Assembly: GCA_964407965.1 (NCBI GenBank)
Contig: CAYOXN010000003.1
Location: 1-30,194, forward strand
Direction: 5' to 3'
DNA from: an uncultured Candidatus Saccharibacteria bacterium
GTDB lineage: Bacteria > Patescibacteriota > Doudnabacteria > UBA920
DNA: 30,194 nucleotides
Positions 17,747 to 25,344 of the stretch are shown here, piece after piece. How positions within the stretch are numbered: position 1 is the stretch's first letter; every line of letters begins with the position of its first letter. The notes beneath the pieces were generated by a model. The model was not told where the DNA came from. It ran no database searches and was given only the letters and a program-made list of their open reading frames with translations. The position numbers and the translations under genes were made by a program.

Positions 17747-18541
17747 CCAAGCTTGCCAAGAACCTTTAAAAAGCAATTGGTTAACTTGGTATTTCTGCTC
17801 TACAGCTTCCACACCTGGCCTAACCTTTTCCAAAGCGTTGTGGCGTTTATACACAATATTGTTTTCGGCTATAAGGGTCGTGTTGGCCCCGGCAGAAAGC
17901 CCTTTGCCATCTACCCTAAATACTCCCGAGTAATTTTTGCCTTGCTGGAATTTCAGTCCCACTTGCGTAGCCCTGGCGCACCAGTCAAAGTCGCCCGCTA
18001 TTTTAAACTGCTCATCAAACGGCCCTACGCGTTCATAGGCTTTTTTGGTAAACATAAAATGCGGTCCGGCAGTCATAGTGGTTTCAAATTTCCTTTTTTC
18101 AAATTCCAAAACTTCCCCTTCAATTTTTCGCGTCTTGACCGGAATGTCAATAATTCCTAATGATACATACCGTTTAATATAAAAAGGGTAATAGCTCACG
18201 TCTACTCCCCTAATGGCTAATTCCTGTGCTTCTACCACCGCTTCCGGAAAACGGATATCGTCCGCATTCCAGGGTCCATATAAATCTCCGCGCGCCACGC
18301 TTATGCCATAGTTCCAAGCCGCATATAATCCACGCTGGTTATATTCATGTATGGAGCACCAAGGCTGGTTTTTAACAGTTTCCAAAAGCTCCAGCTCTTT
18401 CTGCGAAGGCTGAGTGGGTATAATGACTATTTCAAAAGGGAAGTTTTGTTTTTCCAATACCTCAGCAAAATGATTAACGTGCTTAAGATACTGTGCCAAA
18501 TACCGCTCCGATTTATATAGTGCGGAAATAATGCTTACCAT
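17744..18541 (-). CDS. Glycosyltransferase family 2
   Basis: SIISALYKSERYL, AAWNYGI, WNADD (DxD), FDEQFKIAGDFDW. Confidence 0.88.
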   Translation of the reverse strand: MVSIISALYKSERYLAQYLKHVNHFAEVLEKQNFPFEIVIIPTQPSQKELELLETVKNQPWCSIHEYNQRGLYAAWNYGISVARGDLYGPWNADDIRFPEAVVEAQELAIRGVDVSYYPFYIKRYVSLGIIDIPVKTRKIEGEVLEFEKRKFETTMTAGPHFMFTKKAYERVGPFDEQFKIAGDFDWCARATQVGLKFQQGKNYSGVFRVDGKGLSAGANTTLIAENNIVYKRHNALEKVRPGVEAVEQKYQVNQLLFKGSWQAW

Positions 18542-18574
18542 TGCTGTTTAAAAATTTTATTTAATTATGGTCAA

Positions 18575-19624
18575 TTAAAAATGTCCCTTTTGGCAAATTT
18601 CTTCAAACAACTTGTCGCCGTCGTAAGTGTATTTCCAGTCGGGGTAATGTGACTGGAATTTCGACACGTCAGAAATATACCAAATATGGTCGCCAATGCG
18701 GTTTTGGTCTACATAGGTAGTGTTGGCTTTCTTGCCCAATATGTCCTCGGCCTTTTTAAAAGCCTCAAGCATGGAAATGTTGGAGTGGCGGCTGCCGCCG
18801 GCATTGTACACTTCCCCGTTCCTGGGCTTTTGGTGGAAATGCCAAAACATGTTTACCAGGTCGTAGCTGTGTATGTTGTCGCGCACCTGCTTGCCTTTGT
18901 AACCGTAAATAGTATAAGGTTTGCCCGTGGCCACGCATTTTATTAAATACGCCAAAAACCCGTGGAGTTCTGTGCCGCTGTGGTCCGGACCCGTCAGGCA
19001 ACCTCCGCGGAAAACTGCCGTATGCAATCCAAAATATTTTCCGTATTCCTGGACCATGACGTCTGCGGCAACTTTGCTTGCGCCAAACACGCTGTGCAAA
19101 GTTTGGTCTATACTCATGGACTCGTTTATGCCGTTGTAAAATTCATGCGTCTCGGGCAGTTCCCAGCGCGTTTCGGTTTCCAAAAGCGGCAAGCGGTTGG
19201 GCGTGTCCCCGTACACTTTGTTTGTGGACGTAAAAATAAACGTGGCTTCGGGGGAAAATTTCCTAAAGCATTCCAATACATTCAACGTGCCCACAGCATT
19301 TACGCCAAAGTCCGTGAGCGGCTCTTTGGCTGCCCAGTCGTGGCTGGGTTGGGCTGCGGTATGGATAATAATGTCAAACTTTTGGCCGGCAAACACTTTT
19401 TCCAGCTCTTCCATGTTGCGGATGTCTGCCGCCACGTGGCGGTACTGTTGGGCATATTTTTCTTCCAAAGCTTTCCTGTTCCAATCGGTGCTGGCTTCCG
19501 CGCCAAAAAAATACTGGCGCATGTTATTGTCTACGCCAATTATTTCGTAGCCTTTTTCGGCAAAAAAATGCACAGATTGTGAACCAATTAACCCGGCCGA
19601 ACCGGTTATAAGCGCTTTGGGCAT
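18575..19624 (-). CDS. NAD-dependent epimerase, CDP-paratose/tyvelose 2-epimerase (RfbE)-like
   Basis: [57 protein letters not shown]. Confidence 0.8.
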   Translation of the reverse strand: MPKALITGSAGLIGSQSVHFFAEKGYEIIGVDNNMRQYFFGAEASTDWNRKALEEKYAQQYRHVAADIRNMEELEKVFAGQKFDIIIHTAAQPSHDWAAKEPLTDFGVNAVGTLNVLECFRKFSPEATFIFTSTNKVYGDTPNRLPLLETETRWELPETHEFYNGINESMSIDQTLHSVFGASKVAADVMVQEYGKYFGLHTAVFRGGCLTGPDHSGTELHGFLAYLIKCVATGKPYTIYGYKGKQVRDNIHSYDLVNMFWHFHQKPRNGEVYNAGGSRHSNISMLEAFKKAEDILGKKANTTYVDQNRIGDHIWYISDVSKFQSHYPDWKYTYDGDKLFEEICQKGHF

Positions 19625-19648
19625 AAAAAATATTCCTTAGTCTCCTAT

Positions 19649-19712
19649 ATACTAGCAGCTTTAACAAGCTTGATCAAAAATCCTTGATCAAAAACCGGAT
19701 ATATCCTATACT
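19649..19712. promoter_or_regulatory. Divergent promoter pair built on repeated TTGATCAA
   Basis: Plus: TTGATC(19684)-N17-TATACT(19707). Minus: TTGATC(19677)-N17-TAGTAT(19654). CTTGATCAAAAA is directly repeated at 19669 and 19683. Confidence 0.6.
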
Positions 19713-19748
19713 AATACGTCAGGAAACTGTAAGTAGAAAGGAGGAGAA

Positions 19749-20102
19749 ATGTTCATAACATATGGACAAGCTGTCGGCGCATGCGTTTTTGGCCTTTCTT
19801 TATTGGGTACGAGGTTCATCCCCGTTCACTCAACCACTCTCCCGGGGTCATTTGTAGGGGGTGCAATAGCAGCGTTAACCGCCGTTATCGTGGCAAGGTT
19901 ACTTTGGAAATCTCCTAATAAGCCAGTTGATAGGCCCGTGGTAGCAGCTGGAATATTTCACTTCTACACCCTATACCTACTCTACATCCCACACCACACC
20001 CTTCACGCCCTGGCGTTTACTGTCGGAGGCGCAGGCATCGCGGCTGTAACGGCTTGGGTTATAAAAACACTACGCAATCAAGCACAAACAGCACGTAATT
20101 AG
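19749..20102 (+). CDS. Small membrane protein (about 4 TM), hypothetical
   Basis: 117 aa hydrophobic ORF with AAGGAGG RBS, own promoter and terminator. Confidence 0.75.
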   Translation: MFITYGQAVGACVFGLSLLGTRFIPVHSTTLPGSFVGGAIAALTAVIVARLLWKSPNKPVDRPVVAAGIFHFYTLYLLYIPHHTLHALAFTVGGAGIAAVTAWVIKTLRNQAQTARN

Positions 20103-20123
20103 ACTTCACGGCTGGGAAGCAGG

Positions 20124-20167
20124 CATCACACCAGGCTCACTACGGTGGGCCTGTTTTTTTATGCCAA
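20124..20167 (+). terminator. Rho-independent terminator, repeat copy A
   Basis: CAGGCTCAC-TACG-GTGGGCCTG-T7 (cUACGg tetraloop), within a 44-bp sequence repeated at 21113. Confidence 0.85.
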
Positions 20168-20186
20168 TTTTACAACAAAAAACCTC

Positions 20187-20215
20187 TTGATCAATTGCCG
20201 CCATTATGGCATACT
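20187..20215 (+). promoter_or_regulatory. Putative sigma70 promoter
   Basis: TTGATC-N17-CATACT; AAGGAG RBS before ATG 20238. Confidence 0.6.
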
Positions 20216-20237
20216 ATAAGGCTTCGAAGGAGCACGT

Positions 20238-21101
20238 ATGAGTTTTTGTGACGGGGTTGTTGTAACGACCTTGCCCAACCTGGCAATATCTCGCCAGGTA
20301 AGTCCCGAGGCTTTTAAAGCACGTACTAACGTCGCGAAGGCCGCTATGATATCTGATATTAGCGCAGGCCACCGCCTAATTGCCCTATGTGAACGAAGTA
20401 TGCTGCCGCATTTCTCTGATGTATGCAACCGCATACACAATTGGGATGATGCGATGGCAGACAATGATTTTCAACGTAACAAGAAAGACCGTCGCGTCTT
20501 GTTCCTGGAAGACCCAGGCTCGGAAAACACTACCATGGGCCATGGTCGCCGCCTCATTATCGAACTTGCGACCCACATGTTCCCGCTTACTTTAGGGGAC
20601 GAAGATATTACACCGGTGATAATTTGGCGGGAGCCGGAGAAGGACATCGCAAAGTTCATCGGCGCAATCTGCGAACCGATCGTGAGTAACATTGCTGACA
20701 TTGTCATCCCCCGACGCAAGTCGCTGGCGAGCTACCCGAAATTTTCCCAAGCCTGGGAATCAACGGGAAGCATGATGGCAAGCTACATCATCGGCGGCGA
20801 ACCCCAGGACTACTGGGTTGGCCCGCGCGCTTTCCACCTGGCAGCTGCAAAATATTTCCTCAATTACCCTGGGGAACAGACGGATTTACCGGATTGGCAC
20901 GACTGCATTTTCGGACCTATTGTAGATGCAGTCGCTGACGGCAAGCGGGTGGCCGGGGTTGAAATCGATTTTGAATACCCGGAGGAACAACGGCTAGCCG
21001 AAGAGAATGACGGCGAGACAATGAAAAAGCGCATGCAAGTCATGCTCAAGCTGCTCGGGGCCATTGTTGCTCGCAAACAATGGCGCATGTCCCGGCAATA
21101 A
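20238..21101 (+). CDS. Hypothetical protein, possible divergent GT-A fold
   Basis: 287 aa; MGHGRR...VIIWREPEK...PIVSNIADIVIPRRKS resembles the GT2 core with EPE in place of DxD. Confidence 0.6.
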   Translation: MSFCDGVVVTTLPNLAISRQVSPEAFKARTNVAKAAMISDISAGHRLIALCERSMLPHFSDVCNRIHNWDDAMADNDFQRNKKDRRVLFLEDPGSENTTMGHGRRLIIELATHMFPLTLGDEDITPVIIWREPEKDIAKFIGAICEPIVSNIADIVIPRRKSLASYPKFSQAWESTGSMMASYIIGGEPQDYWVGPRAFHLAAAKYFLNYPGEQTDLPDWHDCIFGPIVDAVADGKRVAGVEIDFEYPEEQRLAEENDGETMKKRMQVMLKLLGAIVARKQWRMSRQ

Positions 21102-21112
21102 CGCCGGCACTC

Positions 21113-21157
21113 CATCATACCAGGCTCACTACGGTGGGCCTGTTTTTTTTATGCCAA
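21113..21157 (+). terminator. Rho-independent terminator, repeat copy B
   Basis: Identical stem-loop plus T8; overlaps the stop of the convergent minus-strand GT gene. Confidence 0.85.
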
Positions 21158-22216
21158 ATTTTCAAATATTTCTTTAAACCTTTTTTCGTACGTGTGTTCG
21201 GCAAGGGTTCTTTCGTAGCCTGCTTTGGCTATAGCTTGGCGCTCGCTTGCGTGGTTAAGGTAATATTTAGCTTTGGCTACCATGTCGTCCATGGTGTTAA
21301 AAACTACCACCTCTTTGCCTGGTTTAAGGTATTCGTCTAAGGGGTCGTCCGAAGGGCCGGTGAGTAAAAATCCGCCGCAGGCAGGCACTTCAAATGTGCG
21401 GGCTTTTATGGTCCGGCGCTGGGTACCGATAATAGATTTAAGATTTAAAATTGGAAAGTTTAAGTTTAAAGAATATTTTCCTAACTCTTTTTTAACAAAT
21501 AATTTGGCCAACAGGTTTAATTTTTTCTTAAAGCCAAAATACGGCGTTTCGGTAAAATTTAAGTTTATTTTGGAAAAAGAATAAATATTCAGCATTTCCT
21601 GTACGTCTGCGCCGCTTGTGTTGCCCCAGCCCCTACCTATGCCCTGGGCAGGCAAACCGGCTTTTACTAAAGCTTCAATGTAGTCCGGCCGGTTGCCGTA
21701 CTTTTGCCCGTAAAAAGTTATGTCATAGGTACCTTTGTTGAGCGCGGAATCTTGCGGCTTATACAAAAAATGGTTTACCGCCCATTGAGTTTTGAGCACA
21801 TTTTGTATGCCGGCCTTGTGGTATTCGCGGTACGCTTTGCCGTCTGTGGTGGAAACCAACGTAAATTCTTTGGCCCAGAATTGGGAATAAACATAAAAAC
21901 GCCAGTGGTCGTCGCCAAACCAGTTAAAAGTCTTGGTTTTGGTGTGCTGGGTTATGTGCCGTATGGTTTCTTTTTTTATTTCCTCGGTGAACAAAAAGCA
22001 AAACAACACGTCCGGCTGCCAAGCCCCCACGGCTTCTATGAGCATTTCGTTCATGCGGTCGCGGCCGTGTTCGCGCATAATTTCGTCAAAGCCAAAATGC
22101 CGGACCTCTATGCCCGGCATGTGCTGGAGCGTATGTAAAAAATGCTTGCATTCAAACGACTGCCCAGCCTCCGGCTTACCATATTCATTTTTTAGGGCAC
22201 AAAAAAGTACTTTCAT
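21149..22216 (-). CDS. CgeB-like glycosyltransferase (Glyco_trans_1_2 family)
   Basis: PDVLF, NWFGDDHWRF, SKINLNF, RTFEVPACGGFLLT, HTYEKRF. ATG 22216 preferred over GTG 22234. Confidence 0.85.
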   Translation of the reverse strand: MKVLFCALKNEYGKPEAGQSFECKHFLHTLQHMPGIEVRHFGFDEIMREHGRDRMNEMLIEAVGAWQPDVLFCFLFTEEIKKETIRHITQHTKTKTFNWFGDDHWRFYVYSQFWAKEFTLVSTTDGKAYREYHKAGIQNVLKTQWAVNHFLYKPQDSALNKGTYDITFYGQKYGNRPDYIEALVKAGLPAQGIGRGWGNTSGADVQEMLNIYSFSKINLNFTETPYFGFKKKLNLLAKLFVKKELGKYSLNLNFPILNLKSIIGTQRRTIKARTFEVPACGGFLLTGPSDDPLDEYLKPGKEVVVFNTMDDMVAKAKYYLNHASERQAIAKAGYERTLAEHTYEKRFKEIFENLA

Positions 22217-22308
22217 ATTTATTTCCCAAATCACAAATTATCACGAATGCACAGTTTATTTATCAATGCTTAATTAAAGTGAATTACGAAACTAGCTAAT
22301 ACCACTAT

Positions 22309-22405
22309 GTGTCATTGCGAGTGCATCCGAAGCAATCTACCCTATAGGCTTATTTGAGAGATTGCTACGTAGACAGATAAAGCCCTTTTCTCCTCGCAAT
22401 GACAC
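22309..22405. repeat. Nested palindromic intergenic element (GTCATTGCGAG...CTCGCAATGAC type, RPE-like)
   Basis: 13-bp terminal IR GTGTCATTGCGAG / CTCGCAATGACAC; inner IR AGCAATCT (22331) / AGATTGCT (22359). Confidence 0.75.
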
Positions 22406-22477
22406 TTTAGTTATTCAAAGTGATTTGATTATTTTGATACACAATCTGTGTATCTGTGATATCAGCGATCTGTGGAC

Positions 22478-23260
22478 CTAAACCGAGAAGTCTAAAATCA
22501 TCGGCAAATGGTCCGAAACCTCGTTATACGGTACCTCAAAATTTTTCACTTGCACATCTGGGCTCACAAAAGTATAATCGGCAAAATACTGTTTGCTGTT
22601 AAATTTCCGCCACGAAACTTCATTGCGCGTGTTGGTAATCTTGTATTCTTTAATCAAGTTGCGTAGCTTAGCGTCTAGCATCCCAATGCTTTGGGTATCG
22701 GGGTATAAGTTAAAATCCCCACACAATACGGTTGGGGCCGGCGGCAAAGTAGCCAATACGTCTAGCAGGCGTTGTGACTGCACAATGCGCTCGGGCGTAT
22801 CTATTTTTGTGCCTGGCCGCGACATGCCGTGAAAATTCAACACGTGTAAATTCTTGCCTTTGTCCTCTATGCCTAGTGCCTGCAATACCACATACCCTTC
22901 CTCGGGACTCGTTCCGGGCACTTCTCGGGTATCAAATAAATTATACGAAGCATACGATTGTACTGGAATGGATTTTTTTACAAATACCGCCTTGCCAAAA
23001 CTTACTGGCCATGGTGCGGGCTTGTCCACTTCAAAACCCATGCTTGATGCCGCATAATAGCAATTATACTCTGGCATCATTGCTTGCAACTCATGCAACA
23101 CATGCAAACGGGCCCCTGAACTCAATTCTGGGGCATTACTTTCGGCATTAAATATTTCTTGCAGGCAAAATATTTCTGTTTCGGGTTTTAATTCTTTTAA
23201 GTACTCAAATAACGGTTCCCCCTGGGTAGCGCTCCAAATATTAAACGACACCAATTTCAT
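22478..23260 (-). CDS. Endonuclease/exonuclease/phosphatase (EEP) family protein
   Basis: SFNIW, CLQEI, NFHG, CGDFN, DYTFVS, SDHLPM. ATG 23260 has an AAGGGAG RBS. Confidence 0.9.
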   Translation of the reverse strand: MKLVSFNIWSATQGEPLFEYLKELKPETEIFCLQEIFNAESNAPELSSGARLHVLHELQAMMPEYNCYYAASSMGFEVDKPAPWPVSFGKAVFVKKSIPVQSYASYNLFDTREVPGTSPEEGYVVLQALGIEDKGKNLHVLNFHGMSRPGTKIDTPERIVQSQRLLDVLATLPPAPTVLCGDFNLYPDTQSIGMLDAKLRNLIKEYKITNTRNEVSWRKFNSKQYFADYTFVSPDVQVKNFEVPYNEVSDHLPMILDFSV

Positions 23261-23344
23261 GTAACTCCCTTTCAAATATTATCTTTTCTTAACGCTATCA
23301 TAAAAAACCTTTCCTATCAATAAATAATCCTATACAATATCCAT

Positions 23345-24475
23345 ATGGACCAAACACCGTTAAAAATCCTCTATATTATCACCCAAGCCGACGGGGGTGG
23401 GGCCCAAAATTATGTTTTGGCCTTAGCTAGTGCTTTCCAAGGCCGCGTAGCGGCAGGCACCGAAGCCGAACGCTTATTTGCCCAAGCCAAGGAACGGGGA
23501 CTTCTTACCTTCCCGCTCAAATACCTCAAGCGCAGCATTAACCCCCTTTTTGACCTGTTGGCTGTTTGGGAAATATGGCAGCTGGTACGGGACATTCGGC
23601 CGGCCATAGTCCATGTTAATTCCACCAAAGCAGGCGTACTGGGCAGCATTGCGGCAAAACTTGCCAGAGCCAAAGTTGTTTATACCGCCCACGGCTTTGT
23701 GTTTAACGAACCCCTGTCTTCGGCCGTGAAAGGCTTTTACATAATTGCGGAAAAATTCGCTTCATACTTTCGTGACCACATTATAACCGTGTCTGAACAA
23801 GACAGGCTCTCTGCCTTGCAGCACAACCTAGCCCCCGAAGAAAAACTAACAACGGTGTACAATGGCTTGCCGCCCATAGAATTTTTAGAACGCCAGCAAG
23901 CGCGTATGGCTTTGGGCATGGCTGACGGCAGTTTGTATTTGGGAACTATTGCCAACCTCTATGCCACCAAAGGCCTCGACACTTACTTACACGCCCTTAA
24001 AGAAGTTAAAAACATGTTTTTAGATACCCGGGCCATTATATTTGGCCAAGGCCCGGAAAAACAACATTTGGACACGTTAATTAATGAGCTAGGGCTTAAA
24101 GACACAGTGGAAATTGTTTCCGGCGTACCCGATGCGGCCAAATACTTAAAGGCTTTTGATATTTTTGTCATGCCTTCCCGCAAAGAAGGCTTCCCCTTTG
24201 CCATTTTAGCAGCCATGCAGGCAGGCCTGCCTATTGTTGCCACTAACGTAGGCGGCATACCCGAAGCCTTAGAAGGTGCCGGGCTCCTGGTCCCGCCCGA
24301 AAACCCCAGCGCCCTTTCCACCCAAATTACCAGCTTGCTGCTGGAATACAAAATGCAAAACGGCTCCAGCAAACTGCAGGAACTTTCCCAAAAAGCCCTT
24401 ACCCGCAGCCAATATTTCATCCAAGAAAAAATGCTCTCCGAAACCTCTGCTATTTACCAAAAGCTCCCCCTGTAA
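23345..24475 (+). CDS. Glycosyltransferase family 4 (GT-B)
   Basis: ITQADGGGAQ, HVNSTKAG, YTAHG, FVMPSRKEGFP, AAMQAGLPIVATNVGGIPE. Confidence 0.92.
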   Translation: MDQTPLKILYIITQADGGGAQNYVLALASAFQGRVAAGTEAERLFAQAKERGLLTFPLKYLKRSINPLFDLLAVWEIWQLVRDIRPAIVHVNSTKAGVLGSIAAKLARAKVVYTAHGFVFNEPLSSAVKGFYIIAEKFASYFRDHIITVSEQDRLSALQHNLAPEEKLTTVYNGLPPIEFLERQQARMALGMADGSLYLGTIANLYATKGLDTYLHALKEVKNMFLDTRAIIFGQGPEKQHLDTLINELGLKDTVEIVSGVPDAAKYLKAFDIFVMPSRKEGFPFAILAAMQAGLPIVATNVGGIPEALEGAGLLVPPENPSALSTQITSLLLEYKMQNGSSKLQELSQKALTRSQYFIQEKMLSETSAIYQKLPL

Positions 24476-24491
24476 ACACCTATGTATATTC

Positions 24492-24525
24492 TTAAAAGGC
24501 TCACACTACTATGTGGGCCTTTTAA
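24492..24525. terminator. Probable bidirectional terminator between convergent genes
   Basis: TTAAAAGGCTCACA-N6-TGTGGGCCTTTTAA stem; shares the GGCTCAC/GTGGGCC core with the 20132 and 21121 terminators. Confidence 0.6.
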
Positions 24526-24558
24526 AATTTTTCATTACTTTCCTATTTTCACAAACCC

Positions 24559-24602
24559 AATTCTTAGCATTTTTTCACATATGTGAAAAAATGCTAAGAA
24601 TT
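24559..24602. repeat. Perfect palindrome, copy 4 (44 bp)
   Basis: AATTCTTAGCATTTTTTCACATATGTGAAAAAATGCTAAGAATT; overlaps the stop codon of the PaaX-like gene. Confidence 0.97.
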
Positions 24603-25263
24603 AAAGGACGTGTAATTTTTTAAAATGTTTTTTTAAAACTTTTTCATCTTCCAAATCCATACGGCTTATTTCCATTACCGTCACAAAACGCTCAATGTGG
24701 AAATGCTTCGTTAAAAACTCCATTTCTTCCCGGGGATCATAAGGATAAAACCATAAGCTGCGCTGCAAAGGGAATAAATGCATTTGCTTTACCTTAAGAC
24801 GAAAAAGATCGGCTGCTCCCCTATATTCCTTAGTGGGGATATCAGCGGCAATTTGCCACCACTTTTTATCCCATTTTTTTGCTTTAGGAATTTTTAAAGT
24901 CTGAAAAGTAAGCGTTTTATGGACTTTATTGCCTTTTTTAGTCAACCTAACCCAAATGCTGCCATCTTTTTTTTCCTTAAAAGAAATATACCCTCTTCGT
25001 TTTAAATAATAAAACACCCGACTAGTTTCTTCAACCCGCTGGCTCCTTGTACGATACTTAGATTTAAACCTTGATATTTTTCCCAAAGCTGAAAATAAAT
25101 TTGGAGCCACCAAAGTTATGGAAACAAAACCAGCTACTCCAATTATAGCCAATGTAACTAAAGAAACTTTTTTTAAAACTGCCAAGTCTTGGGAATCTAT
25201 TTCCCACACTCCCTTCTTTGGCAATACTTGGTTAATATGACTTTTTATTTTATTGTATTTCAT
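24601..25263 (-). CDS. PaaX-like protein: winged helix + central Cas2-like domain (CPR-type, no PaaX C-terminal domain)
   Basis: YYLKRRGYI...VRLTKKG (wHTH wing), then WDKKWWQIAADIP...FRLKVKQMHLFPLQRSLWFYPYD (PaaX central Cas2-like pattern WDgxW...DIP...LQxS.W). ATG 25263 preferred over TTG 25272. Confidence 0.8.
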   Translation of the reverse strand: MKYNKIKSHINQVLPKKGVWEIDSQDLAVLKKVSLVTLAIIGVAGFVSITLVAPNLFSALGKISRFKSKYRTRSQRVEETSRVFYYLKRRGYISFKEKKDGSIWVRLTKKGNKVHKTLTFQTLKIPKAKKWDKKWWQIAADIPTKEYRGAADLFRLKVKQMHLFPLQRSLWFYPYDPREEMEFLTKHFHIERFVTVMEISRMDLEDEKVLKKHFKKLHVL

Positions 25264-25270
25264 ACATCCC

Positions 25271-25314
25271 AATTCTTAGCATTTTTTCACATATGTGAAA
25301 AAATGCTAAGAATT
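25271..25314. repeat. Perfect palindrome, copy 5 (44 bp)
   Basis: Identical to copy 4; 7 nt upstream of ATG 25263. Confidence 0.97.
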
Positions 25315-25344
25315 CCTATTTTTTATTTTACACAGTAATTATTC

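Noticed and set aside
20132-20153. Vector contamination (resembles the T7 early terminator stem GGCTCACC-TTCG-GGTGGGCC)
   Set aside because: Loop and stem differ, no other vector sequence, and related stems occur three times in native context.
24601-25263. CRISPR Cas2 gene
   Set aside because: The Cas2-like segment is part of a larger wHTH protein matching PaaX architecture; no other cas genes or array.
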